A stretch of 64,000 nucleotides of DNA. Origin: an uncultured Candidatus Saccharibacteria bacterium. Its GTDB lineage: Bacteria > Patescibacteriota > Doudnabacteria > UBA920. The first letter of the stretch is position 1, and every line of letters starts with the position of its first letter. The translations under genes were made by a program, and so were the position numbers. Shown in pieces: positions 47,161 through 57,158 of the stretch. The stretch covers positions 421,609 through 485,608 of the forward strand of contig CAYYWQ010000001.1 of the NCBI GenBank assembly GCA_964474825.1. The letters run 5' to 3'. The notes below the pieces were generated by a model, which saw nothing but the letters and a program-made list of their open reading frames with translations, was not told the origin of the DNA and ran no database searches.

Positions 47161-48414
47161 CTACTTCGCAACTTCCTCTAAGGCTTTCTGCATTTGCGGG
47201 TCTTGCCCTTTAGCAACGTCTTCATCACTTAGTTTAACCGCAACATCCGGCTCAAGCCCGTTATGGTTTAGGTTTACTCCGCCCGGAGTAATCCATTTGG
47301 CAATGGTAACCTTAACCGCGCCGCCTTCTTTAAGGTCTATTAACTGCTGGACTGAGCCTTTGCCAAAAGATTTTTCGCCAATTAATTCCCCTATTTTATA
47401 ATCGTGCAGAGCGCCGGCAAAAATTTCAGCAGCCGAGGCTGAACCTCCATTCATTAGTATCACTGTCTTCATTCCTGCCAAGCGGTTATTACCTTCCGCT
47501 TTGTAAGCTACGTTACTGCCGTCACTGTGCGCTTCCGTAACCACCACCTCACCTTCCTTAACCCAATTTGACGCAATTTCCACAGCTGTTTGTAAATATC
47601 CACCCGGGTTATTTCGTTCATCCACAATAATCCCTTGGACGTTTTGCTGCAAAATACTGTTGACCGCCTGGTCAAATAAATATTTTGTATCGTCGCCATA
47701 CTGTGAAAGGGTTATTACGGCGATTTTTTTGCCTGTGTTGTTGGGTCCGGAATATTTAATTTCCCATTTTACGCTTTTTACTACAATTGTGTCGCGGGTA
47801 ATAGTAACGTCAAACGGCTGGTTTTTTCCCTCGCGGACCATGGTCAATGTTACCTTGGTTCCCTTTTGCCCGCGGATTTTATTTACCGCTTGCTCCACGC
47901 TCCAGTCATTTACCACCTCGCCGTTAACTTTGGCAATAATATCCTTAGCCCTAAGCCCTGCTTTTTGCGCGGGACTTCCGTCCAGCGGGGCAATAATAAC
48001 AATATTGCCGTTTTGTTTGCCGACTTCCGCGCCAATACCGTCAAAGCTCCCTTTTAAACTCGTCTGGAAATTTTTTAAATCTTGTGGCGGGAAAAAAGTG
48101 GTGTACGGGTCGCCAACTGCCGCTACGGCACCCTGAACAGCCCCATACAAAACCTTTTGTTGGTCAATTGGTTTTTCAATATAATTTTTATTTACAGCGT
48201 CTAAAGCGTCCCATAACAAATTATAGTCTACGTTTTGGGGCTGAGAATCCTGGTTAACAACAAGAAAACTTTTTGGCACAAAGACATAGCCCTTCCTGCC
48301 CATTTTATAACCAACCCCGTAAGTGGCGACAAGTAAAATCAACCCTACAACTACCCATTTTTGCGTGTGATTTTTTGGTTTTTGATATTCTACCGGCTGC
48401 TCATTTATTTCCAT
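47161..48414 (-). CDS. ctpA: Carboxyl-terminal processing protease (S41, CtpA/Prc family) with PDZ domain
   Basis: N-terminal TM anchor, PDZ (GIGAEVGKQNGNIVIIAPLDGSPAQKAGL) and S41 catalytic region (ILMNGGSASAAEIFAGAL...K). Confidence 0.8.
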   Translation of the reverse strand: MEINEQPVEYQKPKNHTQKWVVVGLILLVATYGVGYKMGRKGYVFVPKSFLVVNQDSQPQNVDYNLLWDALDAVNKNYIEKPIDQQKVLYGAVQGAVAAVGDPYTTFFPPQDLKNFQTSLKGSFDGIGAEVGKQNGNIVIIAPLDGSPAQKAGLRAKDIIAKVNGEVVNDWSVEQAVNKIRGQKGTKVTLTMVREGKNQPFDVTITRDTIVVKSVKWEIKYSGPNNTGKKIAVITLSQYGDDTKYLFDQAVNSILQQNVQGIIVDERNNPGGYLQTAVEIASNWVKEGEVVVTEAHSDGSNVAYKAEGNNRLAGMKTVILMNGGSASAAEIFAGALHDYKIGELIGEKSFGKGSVQQLIDLKEGGAVKVTIAKWITPGGVNLNHNGLEPDVAVKLSDEDVAKGQDPQMQKALEEVAK

Positions 48415-48473
48415 ATTTTGTTAATTTAAGTTTTATAATTATACCATTAACTAAGGCGAAATCAAAATTCCCA

Positions 48474-49340
48474 TTATTTGCTGACAACCGGATTGGTCTT
48501 AAATAAATTCAGAGTGGATAATATCATCAGCCGCAAATATATTGCTCCCCAAACCGCCCAATTTAAAACAAATGGGTATTTTTCTTTGTAGTGTTTTTTA
48601 TAAAAAATCCACATTGCATCGTGGAAAGCCCTTAACATTTTTTGAGGAGCCTTACGGCTGGACGCTCCTTTAAAGTGCGTTATGAATGTTTTTGGGAAAT
48701 ACCAAACTTTAAACCCTGCTTTTTTGTATTTCCAGCATAATTCCAAATCTTCCCCGTACATAAAATAGTCTTCGTCCAGCAGCCCACTATTTCTCTCATT
48801 CTCTAATTCTCTAACCCTTCTAATCATCATAAACGCGCCGACCACGCTGTCTACTTCCATACTTTGATTTTCGTCAACGTCGGAATAATTATAATCTTTA
48901 TTATTCTTTAAAAATAATCTTTTAAAACTATTCCAGGGGTTGGGAAAACGTCTTCTGCACGCGAGGTCTAGTTTACCATCGGGTTTTATTATTTTACAGC
49001 CGCTAATACCCACATCCTGCCGACTCTCCATAAAGTCCAGCATAACCTGCAAAGTATTAGCCTCAAGTTTTGTGTCTGGATTCAACAACAAAATATACTT
49101 GCCCGTTGATTTCTTAATGCCTATATTATTCCCGGCGGCAAAACCGTTATTAATGTTGGCTATAGCTTGTAGCTTGTAGCTAGTAGCTTGCAGCCAATCA
49201 AGGGTACCATCTTTTGACCCGTTATCTACGACTAAAACTTCGTAACTATATTTAGTCTCAGATGCAAAAATAGAAGGGAGTAAAACTTCCAAATGCTCTT
49301 TTGATTGGTGAGTGACTATAATAATAGATAAATTAAACAT
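48474..49340 (-). CDS. Glycosyltransferase family 2
   Basis: GT-A fold N-terminus IIVTHQSKE...VVDNGSKDGT and a DxD-like region. Confidence 0.7.
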   Translation of the reverse strand: MFNLSIIIVTHQSKEHLEVLLPSIFASETKYSYEVLVVDNGSKDGTLDWLQATSYKLQAIANINNGFAAGNNIGIKKSTGKYILLLNPDTKLEANTLQVMLDFMESRQDVGISGCKIIKPDGKLDLACRRRFPNPWNSFKRLFLKNNKDYNYSDVDENQSMEVDSVVGAFMMIRRVRELENERNSGLLDEDYFMYGEDLELCWKYKKAGFKVWYFPKTFITHFKGASSRKAPQKMLRAFHDAMWIFYKKHYKEKYPFVLNWAVWGAIYLRLMILSTLNLFKTNPVVSK

Positions 49341-50304
49341 TTGATAAAAGCTGGTTAACTTTTCTCTTAGTCCACATCTTGGGAAATAATTTTAAGATTT
49401 GTGGCAAAACTTTTAAAGTTCCTGGTTCAAAAAATAAGATATAAAAAAACATAAAAAATTCCCGTAAAAAAAACTGCGGGTAAAACCACGGGGAGTTTTT
49501 TATGTACATAAAAATGTGGTTCTGGTAGTTGAGCTGCCTAATGCGTGGACTTATGGCGCGATGATGTTTTATAAAATCCATAAAGTGATAATAACCCCCG
49601 CGAGATGAACCTGAGCCACGGCCATGAGAACCAACTGCTATGGGCACAAATACACATTTCCAACCGGAGTTGGTCATGCGCCAGGAAAGGTCTACGTCTT
49701 CCCAATAGCTGTGGAAGTCGGTGTCAAAGAATTCTTTCTTAGTTTGTAGCTTGTAGGAGGTAGCTAATAAGGCACTGCGACGATACATTGCGCCGGCGGC
49801 AGATACCGCTTGGACTTGCCGATGGTCATCGTACTGCCCAGAATCAAGCTCATGCTGTCCCCTGTCGCGGGCACGCCCGGATTTAGATATGGTTACGCCG
49901 GTAGTATCTAAAATATTAGTTTTATGACCTTGATTAAAATCGTATTGAAATAATTTACCCGTTGCGGCCCCAACCTTTTCGTCTGCAAAAACTTTAACCA
50001 TTTCCTCTACATAGTTTGGCTCCATAATCATATCGGGATTCACAAGCTGAAAAAATTCGGACTGATATTTTTCAAAAACCAAATTATGCCCGGCCGCAAA
50101 ACCAATGTTAAAACCGGGGTCCAAAACTTCCACTTGAGGAAATTTTTCTTTTAATAATTCCTTGCTACCATCTTCGTTCCCCGCAATTACTGCAACCACA
50201 TTAAAGTCTTTAAAAGTCTGGGCAAAAATTGCCGAAAAAGCCGGTTCAATAAACCGGCGGCTGTTGTAAATAACTTGGACAACTGTAACCCTTGGCATTC
50301 TCAA
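49333..50304 (-). CDS. Glycosyltransferase family 2
   Basis: VTVVQVIYNSRRFIEP...GFNIGFAAGHN GT2 signature. Confidence 0.7.
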   Translation of the reverse strand: MRMPRVTVVQVIYNSRRFIEPAFSAIFAQTFKDFNVVAVIAGNEDGSKELLKEKFPQVEVLDPGFNIGFAAGHNLVFEKYQSEFFQLVNPDMIMEPNYVEEMVKVFADEKVGAATGKLFQYDFNQGHKTNILDTTGVTISKSGRARDRGQHELDSGQYDDHRQVQAVSAAGAMYRRSALLATSYKLQTKKEFFDTDFHSYWEDVDLSWRMTNSGWKCVFVPIAVGSHGRGSGSSRGGYYHFMDFIKHHRAISPRIRQLNYQNHIFMYIKNSPWFYPQFFLREFFMFFYILFFEPGTLKVLPQILKLFPKMWTKRKVNQLLSNV

Positions 50305-50313
50305 AATAAAGTA

Positions 50314-51885
50314 TCAATTTTCCTCATACTCATGATACCTCTTAACTATTAAACCCGCCAGTCCCAGGTTTATAAAGAAATACATAAGAACTTTGTCGTT
50401 TAGTAAGGTTATGTCAAAAACCGAGGCGGCCATAATCCACAAAACCATTAAAAAGGCTTGCGCCACAAAATAAATAAGGAAGTCTTGAACCTTTTCATAA
50501 TGCCTTAAAAAGTGCCAAAAATGTTTAAGTACGGTTACCCAGAACATCATAAAAAAGGCAAAACCAACAAGGCCGGTCTCCACCAAAACCTGGTAGTAAA
50601 GGCTATGGGCGGAAACGTACTTGGTCGGCAGGTTATAACGTTCGTTCAGCTGGTTGCCCGCTTCTTCGTAACTCTGGCCGGTGCTGGAATTTAAAGACAT
50701 TAAGAAATTACCCGTCCCCACACCCCATGGATGCGTTACAAAAAAATAGGAGGTACTTTGCCAAATGGCTATTCTGCCCTGGTTGGAAGTTTCGTTTAAG
50801 TCGTAAATTGTCTGGGCTCGGCTGACAAAATTTTCGTGAAATTTATGGATTTGTAAATAAGCCAGGCCTTGGTTTATTAACGGTGAAACAAGAAACAAAA
50901 TAATAATAATTACAAAAGGCCAAAAAAACTTTTCTGCCAAATGTTTTTGGAAATTTTTCCGGTAAGCCAGGGCAACTGCCAAAAATGGCGCAGCCATACC
51001 AACCCACACGGCCCGCGTACCGGACAAAATTAAAGCCAATCCGGCAAAACGAATCCCGGACCACAACCATTTTCTAATGTGAACAAACACGCTACGGGTA
51101 AGAGCCGTGCCTATACAAAGCCCGATTAAACAAATATATGCAAAACTTTGCGAATCCGGCATTATGCTGAACATCCTAAGTTCCCGGGCACCCGCGTAAG
51201 AAAACCAGGAATTGGAATAAAGAGAAACCGCCGCGAAACTTGCCCCATAATAGAGCTTAGTAACATTCACAGCCCAGTAGACCCAAAAGGTATCTAAATT
51301 TGTTAAAAAAGTTCCAACTAGTTGGGTAAAACCCAAAGTCACGATTATGGTAAGTGACCAAATGGTGAAACGGATGAGTTCAAAAATTTGCTGCTTGCTT
51401 CGCAAATTATTTACCATTACCAAATAAAAACAATAAATATTCAGCCAAAAGAAAACCTGTTTAAAAGCTTCCAGGCGGAACTGGCCAAAAATTATTGCTA
51501 ATACCAACCCTGTACCGGCAAACCAAGCGAGGTATTTGTCCCAGGGTAAAAATATGATTTCTTTAATTTTAAATTTTCTATCACGGACAATCCAAACCGC
51601 GAACAAAGCTAAGTACAAAATCCTCCACATTGGCAGTGAGTCAAAATTAGTATTGGGTAAGGCAACAAAAAACGGGATAGAGAGAATTAACAAAAGCAAG
51701 GATTCATAAATAGGAGAAAGCACAATAAAAGCCATAAGCAATCCCAAATTCAGCCAAACTAAAGACAAGGGCCAGGCCAAAATAACCATTCCGAGTATGC
51801 TTATATATTGCCAAACCGCAAAAATAATTATAAGCAATTTTAGCCTTGGCAGTTGCCTGATCTTCTCTAAAAATTCTTTGGTCAA
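50314..51885 (-). CDS. O-antigen ligase/polymerase-like (Wzy/WaaL family) polytopic membrane protein
   Basis: 523 aa with ~12 predicted TM helices and a large periplasmic loop, inside a glycan biosynthesis locus. Confidence 0.55.
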   Translation of the reverse strand: MTKEFLEKIRQLPRLKLLIIIFAVWQYISILGMVILAWPLSLVWLNLGLLMAFIVLSPIYESLLLLILSIPFFVALPNTNFDSLPMWRILYLALFAVWIVRDRKFKIKEIIFLPWDKYLAWFAGTGLVLAIIFGQFRLEAFKQVFFWLNIYCFYLVMVNNLRSKQQIFELIRFTIWSLTIIVTLGFTQLVGTFLTNLDTFWVYWAVNVTKLYYGASFAAVSLYSNSWFSYAGARELRMFSIMPDSQSFAYICLIGLCIGTALTRSVFVHIRKWLWSGIRFAGLALILSGTRAVWVGMAAPFLAVALAYRKNFQKHLAEKFFWPFVIIIILFLVSPLINQGLAYLQIHKFHENFVSRAQTIYDLNETSNQGRIAIWQSTSYFFVTHPWGVGTGNFLMSLNSSTGQSYEEAGNQLNERYNLPTKYVSAHSLYYQVLVETGLVGFAFFMMFWVTVLKHFWHFLRHYEKVQDFLIYFVAQAFLMVLWIMAASVFDITLLNDKVLMYFFINLGLAGLIVKRYHEYEEN

Positions 51886-51895
51886 AGTTGTTTTG

Positions 51896-52972
51896 TTAGG
51901 TTGTTAAAACTTCTAGGGTTTGCTGCGCGGATTTTTCCCAGCTAAATTCTTTTAGTCTTTCCCTGCCTTTTTCCCGTAGCCGGTCTGCCAAGGATTTGTC
52001 TAGTAAAATATTTTGCATCGCGCTTTTTATTTGATTCGTGTCCTTGGGGTCAAAATACATTGCCGCCTCCCCTGCCACTTCCGGCATGCTGGATACCTGG
52101 GAAGTGGCGACCGGGACGCCCGCGGCAAAAGCCTCTAAAATTTGCATACCAAAACCTTCATAAAAACTGGGCAAGACTAATAAATCGGCTTTGGATAAAA
52201 TTGCGCATTTGTCTTCCTCGTTAACATGATTTAAATACACTACAATATCTTTGTTCTCTTCAATATCTTTTAAAATAGATTCAAATTTCCACCCAGGCTT
52301 GCCTACAACAACTAGTTTATGGGGCAAGTCCGGATGCTCCTGCTTAAGCTTGCGGAATGCCACAATTAACCCTTGCAAATTTTTTCTAGGCTGAAGCGTA
52401 GATAAAAATAAAACATACTTACCTAATTCTGACTGATTAGTTGGCAAGCTTATTGACTGATTAGCTAACCCAAACCCATGATGTACCACCGCAACCTTTG
52501 ACGCATTAATTTTATAAAATTTTATTAAATCTTTTTTTGTAGCTTCAGATACCGCAATAATAGAACTGGCGGACTTCGCAGCAAAACCAGTTGACCATTC
52601 CAGGAAACTTTTCATAAACCAGGTAAAACTTTTAGGAAAATATTTCCATCCCAGGTCGTGTATTGTAACAACAGATTTTTTTGGGTGGAAGAATGGCAAG
52701 GCGGAGGCAGGAATAAATAAAACATCAACAGGATTCAGGAATAGCTCCCAGCTCAGCCGAACTTGGGTCCAAAAAACAGGAAATGGTAACACCTTAAGCT
52801 TAAAATTTTTGGGTAAATCTAATAACCACCGCTCGGGCGCGGTCCTTAAGTATAAAACATAATTATTACTATTATCCCTTTGCGCTAAATGTAAAATTAG
52901 CTGCTTGGCGTAATGCTCCACGCCCGTTTTTTGGCCAAGATTAGCTCTCTGCGCTTCAATCCCAATAACCAT
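51896..52972 (-). CDS. Glycosyltransferase family 4
   Basis: EGFGMQILEAFAAGVPVATS motif. Confidence 0.75.
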   Translation of the reverse strand: MVIGIEAQRANLGQKTGVEHYAKQLILHLAQRDNSNNYVLYLRTAPERWLLDLPKNFKLKVLPFPVFWTQVRLSWELFLNPVDVLFIPASALPFFHPKKSVVTIHDLGWKYFPKSFTWFMKSFLEWSTGFAAKSASSIIAVSEATKKDLIKFYKINASKVAVVHHGFGLANQSISLPTNQSELGKYVLFLSTLQPRKNLQGLIVAFRKLKQEHPDLPHKLVVVGKPGWKFESILKDIEENKDIVVYLNHVNEEDKCAILSKADLLVLPSFYEGFGMQILEAFAAGVPVATSQVSSMPEVAGEAAMYFDPKDTNQIKSAMQNILLDKSLADRLREKGRERLKEFSWEKSAQQTLEVLTT

Positions 52973-52992
52973 TCAAAGGGTTTATAATTAAT

Positions 52993-53241
52993 CTAGTATT
53001 GACCTGTGGGTGTAGTTGTTCCGGTTTTAGCAGGAGCGACTTTTTTAACCGCCGGTTTTTTAACATCATCCCGTTTGTGAACCGAAAAAACTATTGATTG
53101 CAAATCGTAATCTGTTTCCAAGCTAAATTGGAACCAATAAATCAAGCTGGCGGCAATTACAGCGCAAACAAAAATTATTGTTAGGGGCCAAAAAGCTTTC
53201 ATGTGCTTTTTTGGCTGCGGCATTTCACTTGTTTGAGGCAT
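52993..53241 (-). CDS. Hypothetical small membrane protein
   Basis: 82 aa, one TM helix (FWPLTIIFVCAVIAASLIYWF) and a K/T-rich C-terminus. Confidence 0.35.
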   Translation of the reverse strand: MPQTSEMPQPKKHMKAFWPLTIIFVCAVIAASLIYWFQFSLETDYDLQSIVFSVHKRDDVKKPAVKKVAPAKTGTTTPTGQY

Positions 53242-53308
53242 GTTTGTTTTTGTTAATTATGTTTAATATATGGGTAAATTATACCATAAATACAAATTTT
53301 TTCCCAAA

Positions 53309-53758
53309 TTAACTTTCCACAGGCAATTTAATTAAGGACGATTTATAAATACCAGGATGGAATGCCTTAAGCCGTTTAATTTTAACTTTTAAGCCCTTGG
53401 CCAATAATTTATTCTTTAGCCGTTCCGTGTAAGCTATTTGGTCATAGCCTAGAGCAATAATGTCGGGTTTTAAACTAAAGATATGGCCAATGTAATCGGT
53501 GATTGCTCCCAGTACTGCCTTATTAACCAACAGGCTCTTTTTTATTTCTGACAACCGCTTTTTCTCGTTGCTTTTAGGTTTTTGTTTCTTTATTCTTTTA
53601 ACATTCGTGTCCCGGGCAACTGAAACAATTAAATAAGGATTTTTGGAAAGCTTTCTGGCCTGGCCAAAAAAACTTAAATGTCCTTTGTGTAAAACGTCAA
53701 AAGTTCCAAAAACTAAAATCTTCGTTTTGTTTTCTTTTACCTTAAGCGACTGTTTCAT
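53309..53758 (-). CDS. Cytidylyltransferase-family nucleotidyltransferase (TagD/RfaE-domain-II-like)
   Basis: GTFDVLHKGH (HxGH) nucleotidyltransferase motif; 149 aa. Confidence 0.65.
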   Translation of the reverse strand: MKQSLKVKENKTKILVFGTFDVLHKGHLSFFGQARKLSKNPYLIVSVARDTNVKRIKKQKPKSNEKKRLSEIKKSLLVNKAVLGAITDYIGHIFSLKPDIIALGYDQIAYTERLKNKLLAKGLKVKIKRLKAFHPGIYKSSLIKLPVES

Positions 53759-55199
53759 TATTCCGGCTAAATAATTGTTTAACTATTGCCAAATCCCCAC
53801 GCCCTACAAAACCAGTAGCCACAAGCAAGAATCCATATATTAAAACTCCAACGGACAAACTAACCGCTAAATTCATTTCCCTAAGCGGCCAGAGCGCAAG
53901 ACCCATTACCGCCGCAGCAAGCAGGGGCCTAAATAAATTTGTTACAAAAGTAAACCGGACAATACTGCCGCGGACAAAGTAAAAATAAAAAATTCCCTGC
54001 AAGGCTTCTGAAATAACGGTCATAATAGCCGCGGCTTTTATTCCATAAAGAGGAATTAAAATTAAGTTACCTACTATATTTATAATTACATTCGCACCTG
54101 TAATCATTAAAGCTTTTTTGGTCAGTTGAGAAATCACTAAGGAATTTAGCGGAATGTAAATAAATTGGATAGCCGGCGCCCAAATTAAAATAGAAAGCAC
54201 GGCGGCGGAATAAGTAAACTTTGGGTCGCCATTTGTAATTAGACCAATTATTTTTGCGGATAGAATCATTCCGCCCACTGCCATTGGAATAGCCAAGGCT
54301 GCCATTAGGCGCATGTACTTTTCCAAATTAGCCCTAACATCGGAAAGGGCACCGCGGGCCATAAGCGCGGCAAAAAAAGGAAACAGGGTAAACGAAACTA
54401 CGGAAGGGAAAAAATTAAGCAAATCAAAAACACGATAAGCCGTAGTATAAAGCCCGGTTTCAATAAAACCCTTTATGTGAGTAATAATAATTACATCCAC
54501 GCGGTTATAAATGGCGCTAAAACCAACAAGCAAAGCAAAGGGCCAGCCTTGTTTTAAAATATTCCAAACCAAACCCAAGTCCCCTAAGCGCAAACCTTTA
54601 AACAAGCCGGGACCAGGCAAATGTTTTTTTATAAAAATTCTATATAAAATTAAGTCGCCAATACCGAATATTAATGTAACGCTTGCCAGGAGAACTATAT
54701 ATTTGTGAAAAATTACCACGGCAAACATTAAAGTAAAATTTACGCAGGAATTAAAAAAATTAATCCATGCCACTTTGCGCATGTCCTGAAATGCTGCCAT
54801 AACAGCCATAAACGGATACGCCAAAGCATTGGCAACCATACCCAAACCTGCCACAGCAATACCGTAAAATACCGCTTGGTTAAAATGCCGGGTGTAAGCG
54901 ATACTTACGAGTACTACATAAAGCAGTAAAGAAACCAAAACTTCAAAACAAAAAAAGTTCTGAAAATATTCCTTTGCCCGCTGTGGTTGTTCGCTAATTT
55001 TCTTGGTAATAAACTGCTGAATCCCAAAATCTACAATTGTGGCAAACAACAAAACATAAGACTGAATATAGAAATACTGCCCCGCACCAAAAGGTTCCAA
55101 ATAAGGCAGTAAGTTCCTGTAAGCCAGCAGAAGCATTAACAAAGCCACAATCCTGCTGACCGTTAGCCAAAAAATATTTTTAGAGATTTGGTTAGACAT
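53742..55199 (-). CDS. Polysaccharide flippase (MOP superfamily, Wzx-like)
   Basis: 485 aa with ~14 TM helices. Overlaps the cytidylyltransferase gene by 17 nt. Confidence 0.7.
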   Translation of the reverse strand: MSNQISKNIFWLTVSRIVALLMLLLAYRNLLPYLEPFGAGQYFYIQSYVLLFATIVDFGIQQFITKKISEQPQRAKEYFQNFFCFEVLVSLLLYVVLVSIAYTRHFNQAVFYGIAVAGLGMVANALAYPFMAVMAAFQDMRKVAWINFFNSCVNFTLMFAVVIFHKYIVLLASVTLIFGIGDLILYRIFIKKHLPGPGLFKGLRLGDLGLVWNILKQGWPFALLVGFSAIYNRVDVIIITHIKGFIETGLYTTAYRVFDLLNFFPSVVSFTLFPFFAALMARGALSDVRANLEKYMRLMAALAIPMAVGGMILSAKIIGLITNGDPKFTYSAAVLSILIWAPAIQFIYIPLNSLVISQLTKKALMITGANVIINIVGNLILIPLYGIKAAAIMTVISEALQGIFYFYFVRGSIVRFTFVTNLFRPLLAAAVMGLALWPLREMNLAVSLSVGVLIYGFLLVATGFVGRGDLAIVKQLFSRNNETVA

Positions 55200-55286
55200 A
55201 TTGTCATTATTCTATCATATCTGGCTATAAATCTTAAAGGCTCACAAATGTGAGCCTTTAAGATAATTTATATTATGATAAATTCA

Positions 55287-57140
55287 TTATTTAGTTAGAG
55301 TGTCACCCTTTGCATAAGCATCCACTTCGGCTTGAGGTAATACACTAATTTTTTTGGCGGTGATTTTACGGTTTTTGAAGGCTTGGGCGGTTAGTGGGCG
55401 GAGCTGGGATTTTACAACCAAATATACCGTAGCGTCTGAGTCGCCTTTCACGATTGTATTATCACGCGGTGGAATGGTTATGCCTTCGGGCCATTCGTAG
55501 GCTACGCTTTGGCTGACTTTAAAGTCAGGTGTAATCCCCCGCTGTTTAGCTACAAAAGTTGAAATTAAATGCTTACTCCCTTCCTTAAATTCATAAAGCA
55601 ATCCGTTTTCGGAAACACTGAAGAAACTCTTGTCTAGCGGAGTGGCGTAAGAACCAATGGTTATGGCATTAACCTCCACCGCGGAGAGCATTACAACTTT
55701 ACTGTTAGTAATTCTCCTGTTTTTAAATACTTCAGCAGTTACAGGATGTTTAAAGCCGTCGGAGCCAGCAATGTAAACTGTCGCATTGTCAGGAGCTTTA
55801 AATATTGTGTCTGCCAGTGGAGAAACATAACCTAGTTTGGGGTATGTATTTATTTCGGCGTCTGCCACTGTTACAACCTGCTTGGCTGTAATTTTTCTTT
55901 GTTTAAAGGTAAAGGAGCTAAAGGTTTGCAAGTTGCCGCTTGTAACCAAGTAAACTGTTTGGTCAGTTTGCCCCCTTATAATTGTACCGTCAGACGGAAT
56001 TAACAACGACCCGCTTTGGAATAAGGCGCTATCTGAACTGCTTATTGCCAAAGCCTTAGACGGGTCCAAGCCGCGCTGTTTTATTACAAAGTCGGAGGCC
56101 GGGTGTTTAATGTTATTTATAAACACATATTTTTGACTGTCGCCTGCGGCAGTGACAATTGTATTGTCTGCAGGACCGAGCAACACATCTGTCTGGTAGG
56201 AACCAAACTCATTAGGAGAAACAGTAATTGCAGACGCTAAATTCAAGCCCCTGGCTTGCCCGACAAATTGCGGCACTAATTGTTTAAGTCCGTTTTGGAT
56301 AATATAGGTTTCGTTCGATGAAGCCAATTTCAGCAATGTGCCGTTCGGGTAACGGAACCACATGTTAAAAAATCTCCAAAAATTATAATTGCCGTTAAAC
56401 ACATGAGGAGTGTAACGGTAAAGTGCTGCGGTGGCGTTGTTGCTAATTTGGAAACTTTGCTGAGGCTCCACGCCGTCAAAGCCTCCCATGGTGTTTTCCA
56501 AAGTAATAACATCACCTACATGCGCTGCCACTCCTTTAAAAGTCGGCCCACGACCGCCGCTCGTGTTGAAAGATTTCATTAAAGATTTAGCCGCGCCTAA
56601 ATAGCGGTTGCCCGCCGCGTCAAAATTACCAAATAACTGGAAATAAAAACCAGGGAACAAACTGCCGCAACCGCCGCCGTCCGGACAGGCAAAACCCATG
56701 GAGTAATCCAGCGCGCGCTGAAGTTTGGAATCGTCCGGAAATTTTCCTTCAATTAAGCTTTGCTCCTTGTTTAAGGTTACCAGCAAAACCTGAGGATTTA
56801 AACCAGAAGATATAGAAGCGTCCCAAATAAGCTCAGCCGCGGTGCGCAGCCTGCCTAAATTTGGCTGTGGGTCTTCCAATCCCTGTTTTAAAATGGTAGC
56901 CTGGGGCTCTTTTAATTTAACCAAAAAATCCGGGCTGGTATTGGCCAGTACGGAATTTTTTGAAACTAAAAATTTCTGGATCCCCTCGGCTCCGCCAAAA
57001 GTTTGGGTATCTGAAAAAACCTTGTCATCAATTAATTTACCCGGATTAAACATTGGGTCAATAGTTTGGGCAAGAAGCGGGACAGGGATTAACCCGATTA
57101 AAATAATTCCGACAATTTTTGTAAGTTTTTGTTTTAGCAT
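55287..57140 (-). CDS. Secreted hypothetical protein with C-terminal ~60-aa repeats
   Basis: Signal peptide (MLKQKLTKIVGIILIGLIPVPLLAQT) and five to six repeats of the pattern P-x-D-x-T-I-V-...-TVYLV-...-F-K-x-R-x-I-...-V-...-AEV. Confidence 0.5.
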   Translation of the reverse strand: MLKQKLTKIVGIILIGLIPVPLLAQTIDPMFNPGKLIDDKVFSDTQTFGGAEGIQKFLVSKNSVLANTSPDFLVKLKEPQATILKQGLEDPQPNLGRLRTAAELIWDASISSGLNPQVLLVTLNKEQSLIEGKFPDDSKLQRALDYSMGFACPDGGGCGSLFPGFYFQLFGNFDAAGNRYLGAAKSLMKSFNTSGGRGPTFKGVAAHVGDVITLENTMGGFDGVEPQQSFQISNNATAALYRYTPHVFNGNYNFWRFFNMWFRYPNGTLLKLASSNETYIIQNGLKQLVPQFVGQARGLNLASAITVSPNEFGSYQTDVLLGPADNTIVTAAGDSQKYVFINNIKHPASDFVIKQRGLDPSKALAISSSDSALFQSGSLLIPSDGTIIRGQTDQTVYLVTSGNLQTFSSFTFKQRKITAKQVVTVADAEINTYPKLGYVSPLADTIFKAPDNATVYIAGSDGFKHPVTAEVFKNRRITNSKVVMLSAVEVNAITIGSYATPLDKSFFSVSENGLLYEFKEGSKHLISTFVAKQRGITPDFKVSQSVAYEWPEGITIPPRDNTIVKGDSDATVYLVVKSQLRPLTAQAFKNRKITAKKISVLPQAEVDAYAKGDTLTK

Positions 57141-57158
57141 AAAATAGTCTCCAGCTGG

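Noticed and set aside
49140-49205. Short AGCTTGT-like tandem 7-mers as a possible CRISPR-like or microsatellite element
   Set aside because: Only about four imperfect units, no spacers, and they lie in-frame within a GT2 coding sequence. Not a CRISPR array.
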